From Oscillospiraceae bacterium (lineage in GTDB: Bacteria > Bacillota > Clostridia > Oscillospirales > Ruminococcaceae): 19,230 nucleotides of DNA. This document shows, in pieces, positions 6,746 to 14,416 of this stretch. Made by a program: the position numbers and the translations under genes. The stretch is taken from positions 1-19,230 of the forward strand of contig JAHHUC010000042.1 in the NCBI GenBank assembly GCA_020024215.1, read 5' to 3'. Each line of letters starts with the position of its first letter. Position 1 is the first letter of the stretch. The notes under the pieces were generated by a model, which ran no database searches, was not told where the DNA came from, and worked only from the letters and a program-made list of their open reading frames with translations.

Positions 6746-8089
6746 TTATTGTCTGTCGCTGTCATCAAATCTATCTCCGCACTGTGGGCAGAATTTTGGC
6801 GGATTGTGAGGATCCTCAGGCTGCCATCCGCAGTTATTGCATCTGTACACTGCGTTTTCGGGCCTTTTTTGACCGCACTGTGAGCAGAAGTTGCCTGTGT
6901 TCACATTTCCGCAGGAGCATTTCCAACCTTTATCCTCAGGCTTTGGCTTTCCGCAGTTTTCACAGAATTTTCCGGTGTTGGCATGACCGCAGGAGCATTG
7001 CCATTTTAAAACGGCAGGCTGTGGCTCTGAGGGAGCATTTTGAGCTGCACCGTTTACAAAGGGATTAGGGGAATTCTGCCTGTTCTGATAAGCCTGTGCA
7101 AAAAGATTTCCGATATTGCCTCCACCTGTGTTCATAGCCATTCCCATGCCTAAAAATCCGTTGAGCGCTCCGGCTTCATTTTTGGCAGCCGACTTCATAG
7201 CCTCCGCCTGAGCGCCTGCCAAGGTGGCAGCAGCCATATCAGGTGAGCGCAGAATTGCAACCCTCTGAGCCTCCTTGAGCATATTTGCATCCTCTTCGGG
7301 AAGTGTCACAGAGCTTAAAGCGACGCTTACAACATCAAGTCCTCTCAAATCCCCCCACTTTTCAGAAAGTATCTGGTTGAGTGCAGATTCCAATTCCGCT
7401 GTGTGGGCGATCATCTGATTGGGCCTTATCTCCATAGCCGAAAGCTGTGCAAAGGCAGGCTGCAGGGCGGATATGAATTCAGGCTTTAGCTGAGGGGTGA
7501 TCTCATCTCTGAGATATTCATCCGCAATATTTCCGGTTATGCTCTTATAGAATTTTATGGGGTCGGAAATTTTATAGGAATAAACTCCCGAGCATCTTAC
7601 AGACACATCTATGTCAAGGCCCAAATTTTTATCCACCACCCTGAAGGGTATGGGGTTTGGAGTTCCGAACTTGTTGTCCAAAAGCTCCTTTATGTTTATG
7701 TAGTAGATCCTCTGGTCCTTGGCTGTGTCTCCGCCGAATGTAAATCTCTTGCCAAAGGTTCTGAAGCTTTGAAGTATGCTCTCGCCCAGAGGACCTTGAA
7801 AAACAGAAGGCTCTGTGGAAATGTCAAAAATAAATTCTCCCGGCTCGGCGCTGACCTCTACAATGGCTCCCTGCTCAACTATCAGCATGCACTGTCCGTC
7901 GGCAACTGCAATTACAGAGCCGTTGGAAATGATGTTTTCGCTGCCCTTTTTGTTGGCAGAACGGGCAGAGCTTCTTTTCTCTCCCTTTTTTATAAGCACA
8001 TCAGAGGGTAGGGAATCACAATAGAAATACTCCTTCCACTGGTCAGCTACAATGTTTGCAGCTGCGCTTGCCGCTCTTATAAGACCCAT
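6746..8089 (-). CDS. SPFH/band-7 family protein (YdjI / 'virion core protein'-like) with three C-terminal zinc ribbons, 447 aa
   Basis: N-terminal MGLIRAASAAANIVADQWKEYFYCDSLP... is the hallmark of the bacterial SPFH (Band_7_1) family. C-terminus has tandem CSCGHANTGKFCENCG, CSCGNVNTGNFCSQCG and CNNCGW..CPQCG. RBS GAGAGGAGA. First gene of the minus-strand operon. Confidence 0.82.
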   Translation of the reverse strand: MGLIRAASAAANIVADQWKEYFYCDSLPSDVLIKKGEKRSSARSANKKGSENIISNGSVIAVADGQCMLIVEQGAIVEVSAEPGEFIFDISTEPSVFQGPLGESILQSFRTFGKRFTFGGDTAKDQRIYYINIKELLDNKFGTPNPIPFRVVDKNLGLDIDVSVRCSGVYSYKISDPIKFYKSITGNIADEYLRDEITPQLKPEFISALQPAFAQLSAMEIRPNQMIAHTAELESALNQILSEKWGDLRGLDVVSVALSSVTLPEEDANMLKEAQRVAILRSPDMAAATLAGAQAEAMKSAAKNEAGALNGFLGMGMAMNTGGGNIGNLFAQAYQNRQNSPNPFVNGAAQNAPSEPQPAVLKWQCSCGHANTGKFCENCGKPKPEDKGWKCSCGNVNTGNFCSQCGQKRPENAVYRCNNCGWQPEDPHNPPKFCPQCGDRFDDSDRQ

Positions 8090-8144
8090 AATTTTATTCT
8101 CCTCTCAAAATAAATGCTTTCTGTTAAAAAAGCAAAAGACACCA

Positions 8145-8161
8145 TTTCACAAGGTGTGAAA
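8145..8161. promoter_or_regulatory. Palindromic candidate operator TTTCACA-agg-TGTGAAA in leader of SPFH operon
   Basis: Perfect 7-bp inverted repeat with a 3-bp spacer, 56-72 nt upstream of the SPFH start codon, in otherwise AT-rich DNA. Confidence 0.35.
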
Positions 8162-8292
8162 AGTGCCTTTAAAAATCGGTTTCAATGTTCATATAACAGC
8201 AAAAATACAAAACTGCATTTTGGATAATTTTATCACATAAACGGCAGAAAATCAATCAAATACTTAAATAATCCCGTTTATCTTTTGGAATG

Positions 8293-8320
8293 ATATTAAA
8301 AGCTCTGTCAATTTTATCAA
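8293..8320 (-). promoter_or_regulatory. Candidate sigma-A promoter (TTGATA-16-TAATAT) facing SPFH operon
   Basis: On the minus strand, TTGATA (8315-8320), a 16-nt spacer, then TAATAT (8293-8298). About 200 nt upstream of the SPFH start. Closer alternatives exist, e.g. TGtTATAT near 8185-8195. Confidence 0.25.
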
Positions 8321-8526
8321 ATAAGCGTAAAAAATGGCATTTTGAGGTGTTAAGGCTTGTTTAAAAGGCAAAATATGTGTATTCTGCTGCAGTTTGCATA
8401 ATGTAATTTTGCATATGCCTGCCGATGGTTTGTGTCATGGTTAAAATCAGCACAAGGGGCAATAGGGAGCTTTGATATTCTAAAATAAATTTTGTGCAAA
8501 ATGCGTTTCTTTCTTTAGCTTAAAGA

Positions 8527-8555
8527 TTGAAAGACAGGCTTAAAAAATATATAAT
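8527..8555 (+). promoter_or_regulatory. Sigma-A promoter for sigma-54 activator gene (TTGAAA-17-TATAAT)
   Basis: -35 TTGAAA (8527-8532), 17-nt spacer, -10 TATAAT (8550-8555). RBS GAGGGGG (8581-8587) is 6 nt before the GTG. Confidence 0.5.
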
Positions 8556-8593
8556 GTTATAGTATTATAGTAAAAAATGTGAGGGGGAATTTT

Positions 8594-10051
8594 GTGGAGC
8601 AGGATAAAATAAAGGCCCTGGAGGAAGAAAATTTCTGCCTTAAAAAGATAATAGAAAAGGTGAGCGAGGGGGTAATTTTAACCGACAGAAACGGGGTTAT
8701 CACAGTTTATAATCCGGCTAAGGTGAAAATGGAAAAAATCCCATCGGAGAATATGCTGGGAAGAGAGGTCTGGCAGGCATATTCCTACAATGACAAGGAG
8801 GCTTCCGAGCATCAAAAGGTTTTGAAAACAGGAAAGCCCGTACTGGATGTCTGCCGCCCGCACGCCTTTCTCAACGGCATACCTGTTTACATCTATTACA
8901 GCACCTTCCCGGTAAAATATAAAGGCGAGGTGATTGGTGTATTCACCGTCAGCCGAAATGAGAGCAGCATGCGGGAGCTGCTTTTTTCCACCATCGAGCA
9001 CAAAAGGCTTCTGAAAAGCAAAAATGCCATAGAATCGGAAATAATAGCCAAATCAAAGGGCACACAGTTTACATTTTCGGATATGGTGGGCTCATCTGAA
9101 AAGCTGAAGAGAATAATAAAGGAGGCGCAGACGGTTGCACCGCTTTCCTCCCCTGTGCTTATTTCCGGTGAAACCGGAACAGGAAAGGAGGTGCTTGCCC
9201 AGAGCATACACAATTTCAGGGGCAAGGAGGAGCGCTTTGTGGCTATAAACTGTGCAGCAATTCCGGAAAATCTGGTTGAAAGCGTGCTTTTTGGAACTGT
9301 CAAGGGAGCTTATACAGGTGCAATGGATTCGGTGGGGCTTTTCAGGGAGGCAGGCAGCGGAACGCTGTTTTTGGATGAAATAAATTCCATGAGCATGGAT
9401 ATGCAGGCAAAGCTTTTGAGAGCCTTGCAGGAAAATTCTGTAAGGCCTGTGGGCGGAAAAGAGGAATATCCCATAAAATGCCGCCTTATCTGTGCTTCAA
9501 ATGAAAAGCCGGCGGAGCTGGTTTCTCAAAAAAGGCTGCGGCCGGACCTTTTTTACAGAATATCTGGCTTCTGCATAGAGATTCCGCCGTTAAGAGAGCG
9601 CAGGGAGGACATAATTGAAATGGCAAGGCTGTATATAAAGAAATACAACCACGATTTCCACAAAAATATAAAGGAAATGTCGCCGGAGCTTATCTCGTGG
9701 CTTTATAACGGACAGTGGCAGGGGAACTGCCGTGAATTGCAAAATGTCATACAAAACATGATGGTCGCCGCAGAGGACACAGACAGCGTTTTGAAAACAA
9801 AGGATATCCCCGGCTATGCTCTCAATATGATAGGCTCAAACAGCAGCTCTAAAGTCAATGTCACAGAGGATGATTATGATAAGATGGGCATAAATGAAAT
9901 TTTGGACAATGTCCAAAAAAGAATGATTGAAAGAGCGCTTAAAAGAAACAACCTCAATCTTACAAAGTCGGCTATGGAATTGAAAATCGGCAGGCAGAAT
10001 CTCACATCCCGCATGAAGCGGCTGAACATAAGCATTAAAAATATGCAATAG
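8594..10051 (+). CDS. Sigma-54-dependent transcriptional activator (PAS sensor - AAA+ sigma-54 interaction domain - Fis-type HTH), ~485 aa
   Basis: N-terminal PAS-like region (VSEGVILTDRNGVITVYNPA). Walker A GETGTGKE. GAFTGA-variant ESVLFGTVKGAYTGA. Walker B LFLDEI. C-terminal HTH (LTKSAMELKIGRQNLTSRMKRL). GTG 8594 is preferred over the in-frame GTG 8579 because of RBS spacing. Confidence 0.85.
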   Translation: MEQDKIKALEEENFCLKKIIEKVSEGVILTDRNGVITVYNPAKVKMEKIPSENMLGREVWQAYSYNDKEASEHQKVLKTGKPVLDVCRPHAFLNGIPVYIYYSTFPVKYKGEVIGVFTVSRNESSMRELLFSTIEHKRLLKSKNAIESEIIAKSKGTQFTFSDMVGSSEKLKRIIKEAQTVAPLSSPVLISGETGTGKEVLAQSIHNFRGKEERFVAINCAAIPENLVESVLFGTVKGAYTGAMDSVGLFREAGSGTLFLDEINSMSMDMQAKLLRALQENSVRPVGGKEEYPIKCRLICASNEKPAELVSQKRLRPDLFYRISGFCIEIPPLRERREDIIEMARLYIKKYNHDFHKNIKEMSPELISWLYNGQWQGNCRELQNVIQNMMVAAEDTDSVLKTKDIPGYALNMIGSNSSSKVNVTEDDYDKMGINEILDNVQKRMIERALKRNNLNLTKSAMELKIGRQNLTSRMKRLNISIKNMQ

Positions 10052-10131
10052 TGAATTAAAAGTGTGCATATAAATAGTGCCTATATTTTGGGATACATAG
10101 CAAAAACCGCTTGAATATGCGCTTAATCCCT

Positions 10132-10147
10132 TGGCATGGTATTTGCA
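10132..10147 (+). promoter_or_regulatory. Sigma-54 (-24/-12) promoter TGGCAT-N5-TTGCA upstream of hutU
   Basis: TGGCATggtatTTGCA matches the consensus TGGCAC-N5-TTGCW with correct GG/GC spacing. About 70 nt upstream of the hutU start and immediately downstream of the EBP gene. Confidence 0.7.
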
Positions 10148-10217
10148 CATTCATAATGTGTAAGCTGGGTATAAAGAGCAGACTTAAAATTTTTAATGTG
10201 CAAGGAGATTGGAAAAT

Positions 10218-12233
10218 ATGTTTGATATGGAAAACGCTATGACAATTAAATTGGATGATGAGCTTCCAAAAATGCCTGAATTTGACCCCTCATACAGAAG
10301 GGCTCCCGACAGAGGCTTCACACTCACTCAGCATCAGACAGAGCTTGCTTTAAAGAATGCCTTGAGATACATACCTCAGAAGTATCATAAGGAGCTTATA
10401 CCCGAGTTTTTGGAGGAATTAAAGACAAGGGGCAGGATTTACGGCTATCGCTTCAGGCCTGAGGGCAGAATTTACGGAAAGCCCATAAATGAATACAAGG
10501 GCAGCTGTGTTGCAGGCAAGGCCATACAGGTTATGATAGACAACAATCTGGATTTTTCCACAGCACTTTATCCCTATGAGCTGGTTACATACGGCGAGAC
10601 AGGCTCTGTGTGCCAGAACTGGATGCAGTACCGCCTTATCAAAAAATATCTGGAGGTTATGACAGAGGAGCAGACTCTGGTTGTAGAATCAGGCCATCCC
10701 CTAGGCTTATTTAAGAGCAAGCCCGATGCTCCCAGAGTTATCATAACCAACGGACTTATGGTTGGAATGTTCGACACACCTCATGACTTCCATGATGCAA
10801 CAGCAATGGGAGTTACCAACTACGGACAGATGACTGCCGGCGGCTGGATGTACATAGGACCTCAGGGAATAGTACACGGAACCTTCAACACCATTCTCAA
10901 CGCAGGCAGAATGAAGCTGGGAATCCCCAAGGACGGCGATTTGGCAGGTGTGCTGTTTGTTACCTCCGGTCTTGGCGGAATGAGCGGAGCTCAGGGCAAG
11001 GCAATAGAAATTGCCGGCGGAGTCGGAATTGTTGCCGAGGTTGACTATTCCAGAATAAAGACAAGACTTGATCAGGGCTGGATAAGCAGGGTTACAGATG
11101 ACCTTGACGAGGCCTTTGCAATAGCCTTTGAGTATATGGAAAAGAAGCAGCCCATGTCCATTGCATACCACGGAAATATTGTGGATCTTTTGGAATATGC
11201 CATAAAGAAGGATATCCACATTCCTCTTCTTTCCGATCAGACCTCCTGCCATGCTGCATATGAGGGCGGATATTGCCCTGTGGGAATTTCCTTTGAGGAG
11301 AGAACAAGGCTTCTCAAGGAGGACCAGGAGGAATATCACCGCTTGGTTGACCTTACATTGAAGAGACATTTTGAGGCTATAAAGCAGCTGACAGCAAAGG
11401 GAACCTATTTCTTTGATTACGGCAATTCCTTTATGAAGGCAATCTATGACACGGGAATAAAGGAAATCTCCAAAAACGGCGTGGACGAAAAGGACGGATT
11501 TATCTGGCCCTCCTATGTAGAGGATATAATGGGACCTGAGCTTTTCGATTATGGCTACGGACCCTTCAGATGGGTTTGCCTCTCCGGAGATCCTGAGGAT
11601 TTAAGAAAGACTGACGAGGCTGCTATGAGCTGCATAGATCCCAACAGAAGAAGTCAGGACAGAGACAACTATGTTTGGATAAGAGATGCCGAGAAGAACA
11701 AGCTGGTTGTCGGAACACAGGCGAGAATACTCTATCAGGATGCCTACGGCAGACAGAAAATAGCTCTTAAATTCAACGATATGGTGGCTAAGGGCGAGAT
11801 AGGACCTGTTATGTTAGGAAGGGACCACCACGACGTTTCCGGAACCGATTCACCCTTCAGAGAAACCTCCAACATTAAAGACGGCTCCAATGTCACAGCA
11901 GATATGGCAGTTCAGTGCTATGCAGGAAATGCTGCAAGAGGCATGACCATGATAGCTTTGCACAACGGCGGCGGAGTCGGAACAGGAAAATCAATAAACG
12001 GCGGCTTCGGCATGGTATTGGATGGCTCAAAGAGAGCAGCTGACACAATTGCAAACGCAATGCTCTGGGATGTTATGGGCGGTGTTGCAAGAAGAAACTG
12101 GGCAAGAAATCCCCATGCTGTTGAAACATCTATTGAATATAACAAATTGAACAAGGGAACAGACCACATCACCATTCCGTACATCGCAGATGACAAGATG
12201 GTATCTGATGCGGTTGCAGAACTTTTTAAGTAA
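10218..12233 (+). CDS. hutU: Urocanate hydratase (urocanase)
   Basis: Long (672 aa) urocanase-type protein with an NAD-binding Gly-rich region (TSGLGGMSGAQG). RBS AAGGAGA is 9 nt upstream of ATG 10218; the in-frame TTG 10209 abuts the RBS. Confidence 0.85.
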   Translation: MFDMENAMTIKLDDELPKMPEFDPSYRRAPDRGFTLTQHQTELALKNALRYIPQKYHKELIPEFLEELKTRGRIYGYRFRPEGRIYGKPINEYKGSCVAGKAIQVMIDNNLDFSTALYPYELVTYGETGSVCQNWMQYRLIKKYLEVMTEEQTLVVESGHPLGLFKSKPDAPRVIITNGLMVGMFDTPHDFHDATAMGVTNYGQMTAGGWMYIGPQGIVHGTFNTILNAGRMKLGIPKDGDLAGVLFVTSGLGGMSGAQGKAIEIAGGVGIVAEVDYSRIKTRLDQGWISRVTDDLDEAFAIAFEYMEKKQPMSIAYHGNIVDLLEYAIKKDIHIPLLSDQTSCHAAYEGGYCPVGISFEERTRLLKEDQEEYHRLVDLTLKRHFEAIKQLTAKGTYFFDYGNSFMKAIYDTGIKEISKNGVDEKDGFIWPSYVEDIMGPELFDYGYGPFRWVCLSGDPEDLRKTDEAAMSCIDPNRRSQDRDNYVWIRDAEKNKLVVGTQARILYQDAYGRQKIALKFNDMVAKGEIGPVMLGRDHHDVSGTDSPFRETSNIKDGSNVTADMAVQCYAGNAARGMTMIALHNGGGVGTGKSINGGFGMVLDGSKRAADTIANAMLWDVMGGVARRNWARNPHAVETSIEYNKLNKGTDHITIPYIADDKMVSDAVAELFK

Positions 12234-12245
12234 AGGAAATTGTAT

Positions 12246-13496
12246 ATGGGTAAGCTTCTTATAAAAAATGCCTCCCAGGTTGTAACCTGCAAGGGAAGAG
12301 CGGCAAAAAAAGGCAAGGAAATGTCGGAATTGGGAATAATAGAAAACGGAAGTGTTCTCATTTGTGACGAAACAATAGTAGATGTAGGCACATTTGAAGA
12401 GCTTTCAGAGAGAAATGCTCTGGATGATGCACAGATAATAGATGCAGAGGGAAGAGCGCTTCTGCCCGGCTTTATAGATTGTCACACTCACCTTATTTTC
12501 GGCGGATATCGCGCAGATGAATTTAATTGGCGCCTCAAGGGCATGAGCTATATGGAAATTATGGAAAGAGGCGGCGGAATAGTAAATTCCGTCACCTCCA
12601 CAAGAGAGGCAACCAAGCAGGAGCTTGCAAAAGAGGCACAAAAGAGGCTCGCCTCCATGCTTTCCTTCGGAGTTACCACCTGTGAAGCAAAAAGCGGCTA
12701 TGGGCTGGATTTTGAAAACGAGATAAAACAGCTTGAGGTAATAAGGGAGCTTAACTCTTTGCAGAGTGTGGAGCTGGTTCCTACATATTTGGGAGCTCAT
12801 TCCATTCCAAAGGAATATAAAAAGCAAGACAGCGGAAAATATATTGATTTTATCATTGAAAAGGTTCTTCCCTATATAAAAGAGCATGATCTTGCAAGGT
12901 TTGTGGATATTTTTGTGGAGAAAAATGTCTTTTCTGTCAAAGAGGGCGAAAAGCTTTTGAAAAAAGCCACAGAGATGGGCTTTAAAACAAAGGTTCATGC
13001 CGATGAAATTGTATCCTTAGGCGGTGCAGAGCTGGCTGCAAGAATGGGCTCTATAAGCGCCGAGCACCTTTTGCATATATCAGAAAAGGGAATAGAGGAC
13101 ATGGCAAAAAGCGGCACCATTGCCGCAGTTCTTCCCTGCACAGCCTTTAATTTAAAGGAGCCGTATGCACCTGCCAGAAGGATGATTGATGCAGGCTGTG
13201 CTGTTGCTGTTGCCACCGATTATAACCCCGGCAGCTGCTTTTGCGAAAATTTAGCTTTGGCATTTTTGCTCTCTGTGCTTTATATGGGCATGACTGTGGA
13301 GGAGGCTGTTACCGCTGTAACCATAAATGCGGCTGCGGCAATTTCTATGGAGGATAAAATAGGAAGCATAGAAAAGGGCAAGCAGGCTGATCTGGTGCTT
13401 TTGGAATTTCCGTCCTACACATACATCCCCTATCATCTGGGAACCTCAAGTGTGGAAAAGGTAATTAAAAAGGGCAGGGTAGTCTTTGAAAGATAA
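12246..13496 (+). CDS. hutI: Imidazolonepropionase (amidohydrolase family)
   Basis: Metal-ligand motifs LPGFIDCHTHLIFGG, KVHADE, ATDYNPGS. RBS AAGGAAA is 6 nt upstream. Confidence 0.88.
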   Translation: MGKLLIKNASQVVTCKGRAAKKGKEMSELGIIENGSVLICDETIVDVGTFEELSERNALDDAQIIDAEGRALLPGFIDCHTHLIFGGYRADEFNWRLKGMSYMEIMERGGGIVNSVTSTREATKQELAKEAQKRLASMLSFGVTTCEAKSGYGLDFENEIKQLEVIRELNSLQSVELVPTYLGAHSIPKEYKKQDSGKYIDFIIEKVLPYIKEHDLARFVDIFVEKNVFSVKEGEKLLKKATEMGFKTKVHADEIVSLGGAELAARMGSISAEHLLHISEKGIEDMAKSGTIAAVLPCTAFNLKEPYAPARRMIDAGCAVAVATDYNPGSCFCENLALAFLLSVLYMGMTVEEAVTAVTINAAAAISMEDKIGSIEKGKQADLVLLEFPSYTYIPYHLGTSSVEKVIKKGRVVFER

Positions 13497-13515
13497 TTTT
13501 TAGGAGGAAAATAAA

Positions 13516-14415
13516 ATGTCAAGATTAGTAGAGTTTATACCAAACTTTTCAGAAGGAAGAAATATGGAGGTAATAGAGGAATTGAAGAGGGTTGCCAATT
13601 CTGTTCCCGGAATTACACTTATGGATGTCCAGTGGGATGAAAGCCACAACAGAAGCGTGTTCACAATGGTAGGTTCCCCTGAGGGAGCTGAGGAGGTTGC
13701 CTTTTTGCTGACAAAGAGGGCATCCGAGCTTATTGATATGACAAAGCACGAGGGAGCGCATCCCAGAATGGGCGCAACAGATGTAATTCCCTTTGTTCCC
13801 ATCAAGGATGTTACTGTTGCAGAGCTGGTGGAGCTTACAAAGCGCCTGGGCAAGAGAATCTATGATGAACTGGGAATACCCAGCTTCCTCTATGAGGATT
13901 CTGCTACAAGACCTGAGAGAAAGAATCTTGCAAAGTGCAGAAAGGGCCAGTTTGAGGGTATGCCCGAAAAGCTTTTAGAGCCTGACTGGGCCCCTGATTT
14001 CGGCGAGAGAAAAATTCATCCCACAGCCGGAATTGTTGCAATCGGTGCCAGAATGCCTTTAGTTGCCTTCAATGTAAATCTTGACACAGACAATCTTGAC
14101 ATTGCAAATAAAATAGCCAAGGTTATAAGAGGCTCCTCAGGCGGCTTTAAATACTGCAAGGCAATCGGCGTAATGCTGGAGGACAGAAATATTGCACAGG
14201 TTTCCATGAATATGGTAAACTATGAGGGAACACCTCTTTACAGAGTTTTTGAAACAATCAGAATGGAAGCAGAGAGATACGGGGTTAGAATCATCGGCTC
14301 TGAAATAGTTGGTCTGACACCTGCAAAGGCTCTTGTTGACTGTGCTGAATACTATCTCAAGGTTGAAAACTTCGATTATGGAAAGCAGGTTATGGAGAAT
14401 CATCTCTTAGGCTAG
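13516..14415 (+). CDS. ftcD: Glutamate formimidoyltransferase (formiminotransferase domain only, 299 aa)
   Basis: Start MSRLVEFIPNFSEGRN..., typical of FTCD N-domain proteins. RBS AGGAGGAAAA. No cyclodeaminase domain. Confidence 0.82.
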   Translation: MSRLVEFIPNFSEGRNMEVIEELKRVANSVPGITLMDVQWDESHNRSVFTMVGSPEGAEEVAFLLTKRASELIDMTKHEGAHPRMGATDVIPFVPIKDVTVAELVELTKRLGKRIYDELGIPSFLYEDSATRPERKNLAKCRKGQFEGMPEKLLEPDWAPDFGERKIHPTAGIVAIGARMPLVAFNVNLDTDNLDIANKIAKVIRGSSGGFKYCKAIGVMLEDRNIAQVSMNMVNYEGTPLYRVFETIRMEAERYGVRIIGSEIVGLTPAKALVDCAEYYLKVENFDYGKQVMENHLLG

Positions 14416-14416
14416 T

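Noticed and set aside
6206-7068. Several plus-strand ORFs (225, 121, 127 aa) opposite the Zn-ribbon and SPFH genes
   Set aside because: Antisense shadows of well-supported minus-strand genes, with no RBS.
8577-8579. ATG just upstream of the EBP gene
   Set aside because: It is immediately followed by TGA (ATGTGA). The real start is GTG 8594 (or 8579) with RBS GAGGGGG.
9836-10150. 104-aa minus-strand ORF covering the sigma-54 promoter
   Set aside because: It overlaps the 3' end of the EBP gene and the -24/-12 element. No RBS. Improbable.
10707-11369. 220-aa minus-strand ORF inside hutU
   Set aside because: Antisense to the strongly supported urocanase CDS. Cys/Ser/Gly-rich off-frame translation.
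12405-12998. 197-aa minus-strand ORF inside hutI
   Set aside because: Antisense shadow ORF.
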